Below are positions 1 to 10,200 of a stretch of 52,167 bases of DNA, piece by piece. Position 1 is the first letter of the stretch; each line of letters starts with the position of its first letter. Origin of the DNA: Gammaproteobacteria bacterium (GTDB lineage Bacteria; Pseudomonadota; Gammaproteobacteria; Steroidobacterales; Steroidobacteraceae); contig JAYTXS010000372.1 of assembly GCA_043742845.1 (NCBI GenBank), forward strand, positions 1 to 52,167. The letters are read 5' to 3'. The notes beneath the pieces are model-generated. The model searched no databases. It worked only from the letters and a program-made list of their open reading frames with translations, and was not told where the DNA came from. The position numbers were made by a program, and so were the translations under genes.

Positions 1-660
1 GCCGGAAGATACGACGTCATGAACGACTTGATGTCGCTCGGCGTGCATCGATTGTGGAAGCACTTCACCCTCTCGCTCACCGGCCTGAAAGTGGGCGGCC
101 ACGCGCTCGACGTCGCCGGGGGCACAGGCGACCTCGCCTTAGGGATGCTGCGCCAAGTGGGCAAGTCGGGGCGCGTGGTGCTATCGGACATAAACCCCGC
201 CATGCTGGACATAGGGCGCGACCGCCTGCTCGACAAGGGCTTCGTCGGGAACGTGGAATGCATCGTCGCCGACGCCGAGCGCCTGCCGTTCGATGATAAT
301 TGCTTCGATTGCATCACCATCGGCTTCGGCCTGCGCAATGTCACCGACAAGGCCGCCGCGCTCGAGTCCATGTACCGCGTGTTGAAGCCCGGCGGCCAAT
401 TGCTGGTGCTGGAATTCTCGACGCCGGTGGCACCCGGCCTCAAGCCGATTTACGACGCCTATTCCTTCAAGGTGCTGCCGCTGCTGGGACGGCTGGTCGC
501 GGATGACGAGGCCAGCTACCGATATCTGGCCGAGTCGATTCGTATGCATCCTAATCAAGAAACGCTGCTCGAAATGCTGCGCGCCGCCGGCTTCGCGCAA
601 GCGCGCTACCACAATCTCTCCGGCGGCATAGTAGCCGTGCACCGCGGCTACAAGATCTAA
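1..660 (+). CDS. ubiE: Ubiquinone/menaquinone C-methyltransferase UbiE; 5' end lies outside the window
   Basis: Frame is open from base 1 (..[17 protein letters not shown]). [12 protein letters not shown] motif, [25 protein letters not shown] and C-terminal HRGYKI are collinear with E. coli UbiE. Followed by ubiJ-ubiB as in E. coli. Confidence 0.95.
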   Translation, partial: AGRYDVMNDLMSLGVHRLWKHFTLSLTGLKVGGHALDVAGGTGDLALGMLRQVGKSGRVVLSDINPAMLDIGRDRLLDKGFVGNVECIVADAERLPFDDNCFDCITIGFGLRNVTDKAAALESMYRVLKPGGQLLVLEFSTPVAPGLKPIYDAYSFKVLPLLGRLVADDEASYRYLAESIRMHPNQETLLEMLRAAGFAQARYHNLSGGIVAVHRGYKI

Positions 661-661
661 C

Positions 662-1324
662 ATGCCCGCGACCCCTGCATGGCTCGCCTCGGTCGAAGCG
701 TTGCTCAATCGCTGCATCGGCGACTCGGCGCACGCCACGGCGCAGGCACGCGCTCTCGAGGGCACTTCCTTGACGATCGAGGTCACGTCAATCACGCGCG
801 TACGCGCCGCCGTTTCCGGTGGGCGCCTGAACTTGCTCACCGATGAGGAAGCCGTGGCGGCCGGTGCCGCGGCGGCCATTCCCACGGGCGCCGCGAACGC
901 GGTGATTTCCGGATCACTGTCGGCGCTGTGGCAATTATTCAGAGGCGGCGGCATGCGCGATGCCAAGGGCGCGGCGCCGGGCGGGGCCGCGCAGATTCGC
1001 GGCGATGCGGAAATCGCCAACCGCTATCGTGAGTTGTTTCTGCTGGCGAGACCCGATCCGGAAGAAGAGCTGTCGCGCTGGATCGGTGATTTTACCGCGC
1101 GACGCCTGTCGCTACTCGCCGCACGGACGCTGCAAGCGGCGCGGCGCGTGCGCCGCACGGCGAGAGAGAATATCGCCGAATATTTACAGGAGGAAGGACG
1201 CGACGTCGTCAACAAAACCGAGCTCGAGGAATTCTTGCGCGGCGTCGACGGTCTGCGGGACACGGCCGATCGAGTCGAGGCGCGGCTGAAACGTCTCGAG
1301 CAGCGCAGCAAGGGCGCGGCTTGA
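662..1324 (+). CDS. ubiJ: Ubiquinone biosynthesis accessory factor UbiJ (SCP2-like, YigP family)
   Basis: ATG lies 2 nt after the ubiE stop. N-terminal SCP2-like region plus C-terminal charged helix (ARLKRLEQR). Sits between ubiE and ubiB as E. coli yigP/ubiJ does. The call rests mostly on context and architecture. Confidence 0.72.
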   Translation: MPATPAWLASVEALLNRCIGDSAHATAQARALEGTSLTIEVTSITRVRAAVSGGRLNLLTDEEAVAAGAAAAIPTGAANAVISGSLSALWQLFRGGGMRDAKGAAPGGAAQIRGDAEIANRYRELFLLARPDPEEELSRWIGDFTARRLSLLAARTLQAARRVRRTARENIAEYLQEEGRDVVNKTELEEFLRGVDGLRDTADRVEARLKRLEQRSKGAA

Positions 1325-2979
1325 TGCGGCTGCGGGTGCTCACTCGGCTGTTGCAGATTCAGCGCGTTCTGGTCAGGCATGGCTTGGACAATTTCGTGCG
1401 GGCCACACACCTGTACCGGCCGTTTCGCTTTCTCTTCTACCTCTCGCCCTGGACCTGGTTTCAACGCAGCGTGGGCACCACCCGCGGCGAACGGCTGCGC
1501 CTGGCGCTCGAGGAGCTGGGACCAATCTTCGTCAAATTCGGCCAGGCGCTATCGACTCGCCGCGACTTGCTGCCCACCGACATAGCCGACGAGCTGGCGA
1601 AGCTGCAGGATCGAGTTCCGCCCTTCGACGGGGCGATTGCCGTCGCAGCCATCGAGAAATCCTTTCGCGCGCCGCTGGCCGGCGTGTTCGCCGGCTTCAA
1701 TCCCGTACCGCTCGCCGCCGCCTCCATTGCCCAGGTGCACTTGGCCACGTTGCAAGACGGCCGCGAAGTCGTAGTCAAGGTGCTGCGCCCGGGGATGCGG
1801 GAGATCATCGATCTGGACTTGGAAGTGCTGCAATATCTGGCCGAACTCGCCGACGAATACTGGCGGGATGCGCGCCGGCTGCGGCCGGTGGAACTGGTGC
1901 GCGAATACCGCAGCACCATTCTCGATGAGCTTGACCTGTTGCGTGAAGCCGGCAATGCCGCGCAGCTGAAGCGCAATTTTTCAGGCTCCTCGCTGCTCTA
2001 CGTGCCGGAGGTCTACTGGGATTACTGCCGCGTCGATGTGATGGTCATGGAGCGCATTCACGGCATCGTCGTCAATGATGTGGAGCAATTGCGCGCACGC
2101 GGTGCGAATATCCGCCGCCTTGCGGAGAACGGCGTGGAGATCTTCTTCACGCAGGTGTTTCGCGACAATTTCTTTCATGCCGACATGCATCCGGGCAATA
2201 TTTTTGTGCAGCTAGACGACCCGGAGCATCCGCGCTACGCGGCGGTGGACTTCGGCATCGTCGGCAGCTTGGCGCCTCGCGATCAGCACTATCTGGCAGC
2301 GAACTTTATGGCATTTTTCGACCGCGACTATGGACGTGTCGCGGCCCTGCACGTCGAATCGGGCTGGGTGCCTCCAGGCACGCGGGTCGATGAGCTCGAG
2401 TCCGCCGTACGCACGGTTTGCGAGCCCATATTCAACAAACCGCTGCAGGAGATCTCCTTCGCGCAGGTGCTGCTGCGGTTGTTCGAGATTGCGCGCCGCT
2501 TCGACATGCAGGTGCAACCGCAGCTCATTCTGCTGCAGAAAACTCTCTTCAACATCGAAGGCCTGGGCCGGCAGTTATACCCGAAACTCGATCTTTGGCA
2601 GACGGCTCAGCCCTACCTGCGCAAGTGGATGCGCGAACGCATGAGCCCGAGAACACTGTTCCGGCAAATGCGCACGCAGCTCCCCGACTTTCTGTTGGCG
2701 CTGCAGCAGCTGCCGCAAATATTCCAAACGACCGTGCGCGAGGCAGCCGAAGGACGGATCGAGCTACAGGTAAGGAATGCGGACACCGCTTTGCTGCGCG
2801 CAGAAATGCAGCGCGGCAACCGAGGCCGCAATGCGGTCGTCGCGGCCGCCGTTCTTTGGCTATCGGGCATCGCTTGGCTTGCGCTATCGGCCAAGGCCCC
2901 GTGGCTTGGCTGGTTGCAGCTGGCTGCGGCCCTCGCGCTCTACTTGGGATCGCGAGCCGAGAGGCGGCACAACCCGTGA
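1324..2979 (+). CDS. ubiB: Ubiquinone biosynthesis regulatory kinase-like protein UbiB (ABC1 family)
   Basis: ATG at 1324 overlaps the ubiJ TGA (TGATG). Motifs [26 protein letters not shown] and DFGIVG are present. Hydrophobic C-terminal helices. Collinear with E. coli UbiB. Confidence 0.93.
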   Translation: MRLRVLTRLLQIQRVLVRHGLDNFVRATHLYRPFRFLFYLSPWTWFQRSVGTTRGERLRLALEELGPIFVKFGQALSTRRDLLPTDIADELAKLQDRVPPFDGAIAVAAIEKSFRAPLAGVFAGFNPVPLAAASIAQVHLATLQDGREVVVKVLRPGMREIIDLDLEVLQYLAELADEYWRDARRLRPVELVREYRSTILDELDLLREAGNAAQLKRNFSGSSLLYVPEVYWDYCRVDVMVMERIHGIVVNDVEQLRARGANIRRLAENGVEIFFTQVFRDNFFHADMHPGNIFVQLDDPEHPRYAAVDFGIVGSLAPRDQHYLAANFMAFFDRDYGRVAALHVESGWVPPGTRVDELESAVRTVCEPIFNKPLQEISFAQVLLRLFEIARRFDMQVQPQLILLQKTLFNIEGLGRQLYPKLDLWQTAQPYLRKWMRERMSPRTLFRQMRTQLPDFLLALQQLPQIFQTTVREAAEGRIELQVRNADTALLRAEMQRGNRGRNAVVAAAVLWLSGIAWLALSAKAPWLGWLQLAAALALYLGSRAERRHNP

Positions 2980-3503
2980 GAATTCCCATCGAGAGCTCAA
3001 CCAGCTATCGCGGCCGCAATGCACGGCCGAATTGGCTCATCCTGGCGGCGTTCATCGGCTCGGCGCTGGCGGCAGGCGCGCTCGGTGCGCTGTTTTCCCC
3101 CGCCGTATCCGCATCGACGCGGCACTGGTATGCGGCGCTGGCAAAACCCGTCTGGGCGCCGCCGAACAGCTGGTTCGCGCCTGTGTGGTGCGTGCTGTAT
3201 TTGATGATGGGCACGGCCGCCTGGCGCGTCTGGCGCGAGCGCTATCACCGTGGCCGTGGCGCTGCGCTCACTGCCTACGCCATCCAACTGCTGCTCAATG
3301 CCATCTGGGCCCCGCTGTTTTTCGGCGCCAAGAATATTGGTGCGGGCTTGTTCGTCATCGTTGCGCTATGGCTGGCGATCTTTTGGACCATCCGCGAGTT
3401 CGCGCTGGTGAAGGCCGGAGCTGCATGGATGCTGGCGCCTTACTTGATCTGGGTGGGCTTCGCCAGTGCGCTCAATCAATCGATTTGGAAATTGAATCCA
3501 TGA
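2976..3503 (+). CDS. tspO: TspO/MBR family tryptophan-rich sensory protein
   Basis: Five hydrophobic helices and Trp-rich. [29 protein letters not shown] and [14 protein letters not shown] are typical of TspO. Start inferred as GTG 2976, overlapping the ubiB TGA (GTGA). The longer ORF from 2418 overlaps ubiB and is rejected. Confidence 0.82.
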   Translation: MRIPIESSTSYRGRNARPNWLILAAFIGSALAAGALGALFSPAVSASTRHWYAALAKPVWAPPNSWFAPVWCVLYLMMGTAAWRVWRERYHRGRGAALTAYAIQLLLNAIWAPLFFGAKNIGAGLFVIVALWLAIFWTIREFALVKAGAAWMLAPYLIWVGFASALNQSIWKLNP

Positions 3504-3522
3504 ACCCACACTGGCGTGTCTC

Positions 3523-4119
3523 TTGAGCATCCTGCGCGTCAGTCATAGAACCGAGTATCGCTACCGGCACCCGGTGCTGTTGGGCGCGCACCGGCTGATG
3601 TGCCGGCCGCGCGACAGCCATGATCTGCGATTGCTCGACACGGGGCTCATCATTTCGCCGCAGCCCTCTGAGCTGCGCTGGATGCACGATGTATTCGGCA
3701 ACTCCATCGCCATGGCCGAGTTTTCGGAGCCGGCGCAGGAGCGGGTATTCGAATCGACTTTTCGCGCCGAGCATTTCCCCTTAAGCGAGCGCAAGCTCAT
3801 CGTGGATGACTACGCTGCCGCGCTGCCCTTGAGCTATTCCGCATCGGAAACCGTCGATCTTGCTTCCTCGCAGGCCAGACACTACCCGGATCCGGAGCAC
3901 AAGCTCGACGCATGGGTGAAAGCCCTGCTCGAAACGCTTGAGCTGGGCTCGGGCAGCTGCCGGGATTTCGCCGTATTCATGATGGACGCGGTGCGCTGCT
4001 GCGGACTCGCAGCGCAGTTCGTGTCGGGTTATCTGTACGACGAAGCCCTGATCGACGCGGGCGGCGCTGCGGATGATTTCCTGAGTCTGCAGGTAGCAGT
4101 CGAAGTCACCGCCGAATAA
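3523..4119 (+). CDS. Transglutaminase-like family protein, apparently shortened/C-terminally truncated (possible pseudogene)
   Basis: TTG start. N-terminal MSILRVSHRTEYRYRHPV..RLMCRPRDSH matches the bacterial transglutaminase N-terminal region. The core Cys motif GSCRDFAVF..AAQFVSGYLY is present. The ORF stops about 25 aa later, before any His/Asp of the Cys-His-Asp triad. Confidence 0.6.
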   Translation: MSILRVSHRTEYRYRHPVLLGAHRLMCRPRDSHDLRLLDTGLIISPQPSELRWMHDVFGNSIAMAEFSEPAQERVFESTFRAEHFPLSERKLIVDDYAAALPLSYSASETVDLASSQARHYPDPEHKLDAWVKALLETLELGSGSCRDFAVFMMDAVRCCGLAAQFVSGYLYDEALIDAGGAADDFLSLQVAVEVTAE

Positions 4120-4201
4120 ACCTCGCAAGCACGATCCGGTAATATTTACAAAGCCCGCATCGCGGCGGATTGCGCTATTCTCGCCGCTGCGCAACGAAGA
4201 G

Positions 4202-7200
4202 GTGCCATTGAAGTATTTCCGCTGGCGCGGCCGTGGGCGTGCGCTGTTGGATCGGCCCGCAGGAATTGACGAGCCCATTTCCGCTGAGATCTTCGGCGTC
4301 GAACGACTCGAGCAGCACGCAGAGAGCTTGGCAAAGGCGCAAGAGGTGTGGCCGGTACGATCCGCCGGCATTTCGCTGCACGGCCGCTTGCGCTCCAACG
4401 CCGCCACCCTCAATGCCGCTTTTCACACCTTGATGCAAGGCATTCGCGAGGGGCGTGCGGTCACGCCCGCGGCAGAGTGGCTGGTCGATAACTACTACAT
4501 CGTCAACGAGCACATTCATGCCGTGCGGCGCGACCTGCCGCTGGGATTTTACAAAGAGTTGCCGAAACTCTCCAACGGCCATCTGCGCGGCTACCCGCGG
4601 ATCTACAGCATTGCGTGGGCCATTGTCGCGCACTCCGACAATCGCTTCGAACTTGACACCTTGGCGCGCTTTTGCCGCGCGTATCAGCGCGTTCAACCGC
4701 TGACCATCGGCGAGCTTTGGGCTATCAGCATCACTTTGCGAGTGATGCTGATCGAGAACCTCACCCGACTCGCATCCGGAATCGTGCATCGCCTGGAGCT
4801 GCGCGAGCAGGCGGATACCTTGGCCGACCGGCTGTTGTCGGACGAAGCCAATCAGGCTGCGCCGAACGCGGCCGCCCGGCGCGCGGCCGAGGCCGACCGC
4901 TTGCCCAACGCTTTTGCGGCGCAGCTGTTTCAGCGGCTGCGCGACCATGATCCTGAAACCACTCCGGCGCTGGCGTGGCTGCATCGCACGCTGGCCGCAC
5001 AAGGCGACACAGCCGACGATGTGGTCCATACCGAGCATCAACGCCAGGGTGCGGTCAACTTGAGCGTGCGCAATGTCATCACCAGCTTGCGGCTCATTTC
5101 ATCGGTTGACTGGGCGAAGTTCTTCGAGAGCGTGAGCCTGATCGATGAACTTCTGTGCACCGAGAGCTCCTTCGGGTCTTTCGATTTCTCCAGCCGCGAT
5201 CTGTATCGGCACGCCATCGAAGACCTGTCGCGGCGTTCGCGCTACACGGAACTCGAGGTGGCGCGCCACGCCTTGGACGCCGCGCGGCGCGCCGCGCACC
5301 GCGCCGGGGGACTTTCCAGCAATTCGCCGCACGCTTTGGAGCCGGGATACTACCTGGTGGCGGAGGGGCGGACCGAGTTGGAGACGCAACTCGCCTACCG
5401 CATTCCGTGGAACCAGCGTCTGGCCCGTTTGACCCGCGGCGCCGGTGTACATGGCTACGCGGGCAGCATCGCCGCATTGAGCATCGCAATGACGGGTGCG
5501 CTCTTATTCTTCGCAGGCTCGCCATACGGTCATCCGGGCACTGCCGCTGTCATCGTCGTGCTGGCGTTGATCGCCGCCTCAGACGTCGGCATTACCATCG
5601 TCAATCTATGGGCCACGCATTTCTGCAGCCCCCATGTGCTGCCCGGCCTTGAACTCTTGGGCGGTGTGACCGCGGACTTGCGCACGGTGATTGCCGTGCC
5701 CGTCCTGCTGACCAGCGCCGCAGACATCGAGGAATTCGTACACGGCCTCGAAGTTCACTACCTGGCGACGCAAGACGGTGACATTCGCTTCGCGCTGCTC
5801 TGCGACTGGCGCGACTCCGCTACCGAGAACGCTGCCGATGACGAAGAGTTGCTGGGCCTCGCGGCCGCGGGAATTGCGCGCCTGAATCGCGCCCACGGCA
5901 ACGCTCCGGACGGCGAGCGCTTCCTTTTACTACATCGCCGACGCCTATGGAACCCCGGCCAGCGCGTCTGGATGGGGTGGGAACGCAAGCGCGGCAAGCT
6001 GCACGAGTTCAATCGCCTACTGCAAGGGTCGATGGACACGAGCTTCACGGCGGTCGCCGGTCGGCTGCCGCAGGCGCCGCGCGGCGTGCGCTACGTCATC
6101 AGCCTGGACGCCGATACACGGCTGCCGCGCGGCGCGGCGCTCTCCCTCATCGGCAAGATGGCGCATCCGCTCAACCAGCCGCTCATCGACACGGTCAACC
6201 GGCGCGTCACTTCGGGCTACGGAATACTGCAGCCGCGGGTCACTCCCTCGCTGCCCGTCGGCCATGAGGCCTCTTTCTTTCAAGGCGTTTTTTCCGGGCC
6301 GAGCGGCATAGACCCTTATGCATTTGCCGTCTCCGACGTCTATCAAGACATGTTCGGCGAGGGCTCGTACAGCGGCAAGGGCATCTACGACGTCGCCGCC
6401 TTCGAAAGCACTCTGGCCGGCCGCGTGGACGACAACCGTCTGCTCAGTCACGATTTGTTCGAAGGCATCTATGCTCGTTGCGGGCTGGCCTCGGACGTCG
6501 AAGTCGTCGATGAGTTTCCGTCGCGATACGACGTGGCCACCGCGCGGCAGCATCGCTGGACCCGCGGCGATTGGCAGCTGCTGCCCTGGGTGCTTGGCAT
6601 CCGCGGACCGATGTCGGCTCTCGGGCGTTGGAAAATGCTCGACAACTTGCGCAGGTCCGCGCTGCCGCCTGCCGTGCTGTTAGGGCTCGCCCTGTGCTGG
6701 TGGGGCGAGGCGGCCCTGGCATGGAGCGCATTTTTCATCGGGGCGATCGCTCTGCCGGTGCTGCTGCCGTTCCTGTTCAGTCTGCGGCCGCGCTTCGCGG
6801 ATTTCACCAGAGCCGGCTACTTGCGCACGGCGCGCAAGGAGACCGCGCAAGCCCTGTCGATGATCGGCCTGCGCCTGGTGTTCCTGGCGGATCAGGCCTG
6901 GGTCATGACGGATGCCATCGTACGCACCCTGTACCGGCTGTGGATTTCACGACGACATCTGCTGGAGTGGACCACCACCGCGCAAACGATAGTCGGCGCG
7001 TCCACCACACCCTTGAGCTACTACCGTCGAATGGCGGTCGGTGTCTTGCTGGCTCTCGTCCTTGGCGTGTCCCTCATTCTAATCGGTCATGGTATTCCGC
7101 TGATCGCAATCCCCCTCCTGTCGGCATGGTTGTGCGCGCCCATGATTACCCGCTTCGTCAGCCGGCCCTCGAATCGCACTCGGGCCGAGCCGCTCACCCC

Positions 7201-10200
7201 CGCTGAGGCGCATCGGCTGCGCATCATGGCCCGCCAAACCTGGAGCTTCTTCGAGACCTTCGTCACCGCTACGCAGCACATGTTGCCGCCGGACAATTTT
7301 CAGGAAACCCCGAACCCCATCATCGCGAACCGTACCTCGCCCACGAATATCGGCCTTTACCTGCTGTCCATCGCAACGGCGCGCGAATTCGGCTGGCTCG
7401 GCACTATTGATGCGGTGGAGCGGCTGGAGGCGACGTTCGCCTCACTCGACAAGCTCGAACGGTTTCGCGGGCATTTCTACAACTGGTACGACACGCACGA
7501 CCTGCGAGCGCTCGATCCCAAGTACATATCCACCGTCGACAGCGGCAATTTAGCCGGACACCTGCTCGCGCTCGAGGGCGTTTGCCGCGGCTGGATGGAC
7601 AAGTCCACCTGGACAGCGGTCGATAGGCGCGGCACCCTGGACACGCTCGAGCATATGCAAAGAGTGGTTCGGGCGCTCGATGACGGCCGGCGCAATTACG
7701 GTGTGACCTTGAGCCAGCTCGACGCTGCGCTCGAGGCCATGCGGGTTTCCTTGGAATCAGCCGGAGCGGAAGGCTATGTGTCCGAGCTTGCCGCGATACT
7801 CGGGCAGACGGACAACATCCACGACATCGCCCAGGCGCTCACCGACGAACGCGGTGAAGGCGGCGGGGCGCCGTTGCTCAAATGGGCCGATATGTTGCGC
7901 TCCAACGTGTCGAGCCACCATCGCGACAACCGTGCCGATACGCAGCAAGCCGCCCATCTGGCGCTGCGACTGAGCAGCATCGGTCAACGCTCTCGGGCCA
8001 TGGCGCTTGCCATGGATTTCGCGTTTCTGGTGGAGCCTGACCGACAGTTGCTCTCCATTGGCTACAGCGCCGCGGAGCGTGTGCTCGATCCCAGTTGCTA
8101 CGACCTCTTGGGATCGGAAGCAAGGCTTGCCAGTTTCGTCGCCATTGCCAAGCGGGATCTGCCGGTACGTCACTGGTTCAGGCTCGGAAGATTGCTGACA
8201 CCTGTCGATAGAAGCTCGGCCCTGGTCTCATGGGCCGGTTCCATGTTCGAGTACCTCATGCCCATACTCGTCATGCGCGAGCCCGAAGGCAGCCTGCTCG
8301 GCGACACGTCGCAGTTGATCGTCAAGCGACAGATCGAGTACGGGCGCGAGCTCAATTTGCCGTGGGGAGTGTCCGAGTCCGCGTTCAACGCCCGCGACCG
8401 GGAATTCACCTACCAGTACTCGAGTTTCGGGATACCCGGCTTGGGGTTGAAGCGAGGCTTGGGCGCCGAGGCCGTGGTGGCCCCGTACGCCACCGGCCTT
8501 GCCGCCATGATCGATGCCAAGGCCGCGATGCGTAATTTCGAGCGCCTGCAAAAGCTCGGCGCACGCGGCGACTATGGCTGGTACGACGCGCTCGACTTCA
8601 CGCCCGCGCGTCTGCCCGAAGGGAAAACTGTAGTGGCGGTGCGCAATTACATGGCCCATCACCAGGGCATGATTCTAGTGGCTATTGCCAATGTTCTGAA
8701 AGACGGTATGTTTCGCACATACTTTCACGCCAACCCTGCCATTAAGGCCACCGAGTTACTCTTGCAAGAACGCACCCCGCGGGATTCCGACGTACCGGCT
8801 CCCGGAATCGACGAATTGAAGTCAGCGCCGGGACTGCGCGAATTGACGGCCACTGCGCCGCGACTCTTCAGCTCCCCTCATCACATCGCGCCACGCACCC
8901 ACCTGCTGTCCAACGGAAACTATTCCGTGATGTTGACCGCGGCCGGCTCCGGTTACAGCCGCTGGCGCGACATCGCCGTGACGCGCTGGCGCGAAGATCC
9001 CACCTGCGACCCCTGGGGCAGCTACGTCTTCCTGCGCGATGTGGCCAATGGCCAGGTATGGTCCGCCGGATACCAGCCGGTGGGCCGCGAGCCTGACAGC
9101 TACTACGTGGCGTTCTTCGAGGATCGCGCGCAGATCACCCGCCGCGACGGTGCCATTATCACCTCGACTGAAATCCTCGTGTCTCCGGAAGACGACGCGG
9201 AAGTCCGCCGGGTTTCGGTGACCAACGAAGGCACCCGGGTACGCGAAATTGAATTGACGACTTACTCCGAGGTCGTGTTGTCGACGGCGGATGCGGACTC
9301 GGCGCATCCCGCATTCTCCAAGATGTTCGTGCGCACCGAATTCCTCGCCGACAGCGGCGCGTTGCTCGCCACGCGGCGCACCCGCGAGATCGGAGAGCCC
9401 CAACTCTGGGCCGCCCATGTGAGCGTGCTCGAAGGCGATGCCATCGGCGGCCTGCAGTTCGAGACGGATCGCGCCCGCTTCCTCGGTCGCGGCCGCGATT
9501 TGCGCAACGCCGTTTCGGTCTTGGACGCGCGGCCGCTGTCCAATACGGTGGGAACTGTACTGGACCCGGTGCTGGCACTGCGCCGCCGCGTGCGCATCCC
9601 GCCCGGACATACGATGCGCCTTGCCTTTTGGACCGGCGTCAGCGCGAGCCGCGACGAAGCCATCGCAATGGTCGACAAGCACCGCGACGTAGCAGCCTTC
9701 GATCGCGCCAAGACCCTCGCCTGGACTCAGGCTCAGGTGCAGCTACGCTACCTGGGCGCGGACTTCGAAGAAGCTCAGACATTTCAGCGCATTGCGAACC
9801 GGGTGCTGTACTCCGATGCGGCGCTGCGCGCGCCGCGCGACATCCTCGAGAAGAACCAATCGGGACCGTCCGATTTATGGCCTCAAGGCATATCCGGCGA
9901 CCTGCCCATCGTGCTGGTGAGAATCGATGACGAAGGCGACATTGAAATCGTCAAGCAATTGCTGCGCGCGCACGAGTACTGGCGGCTCAAGCGCCTGGCG
10001 GTGGATCTCGTCATCTTGAATGAGCGCCCGCCGTCTTACGCATCCGAGCTGCAGCAGGCACTGGATGCCGTCATCCGCACTTCGCAGGCCCGTCGCGACG
10101 AAGACCGCACGCGGCGCGGAACCGTGTACTCGCTGCGCGCCGACTTGCTGCTGCCCGCCGTTCGCGATCTGCTGCAGACCGCCGCGCGCGCGGTGTTCGT

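Noticed and set aside
181-1020. 279-aa minus-strand ORF antisense to ubiE/ubiJ
   Set aside because: Ala/Arg/Pro-rich low-complexity translation, fully overlapping two well-supported genes. This is a typical shadow ORF of GC-rich coding DNA.
2418-2975. N-terminal 186 codons of the 361-aa ORF that ends as TspO
   Set aside because: This part overlaps ubiB in another frame and is Ala/Arg-rich junk. TspO-like sequence begins only after the GTG at 2976.
4175-5041. 288-aa minus-strand ORF antisense to the 5' end of the glucan synthase gene, plus many similar 60-180-aa ORFs inside 4202-12730
   Set aside because: No motifs, Arg/Ala-rich, and embedded in a gene whose full-length frame has clear family similarity. 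GC-rich antisense frames lack stops by chance.
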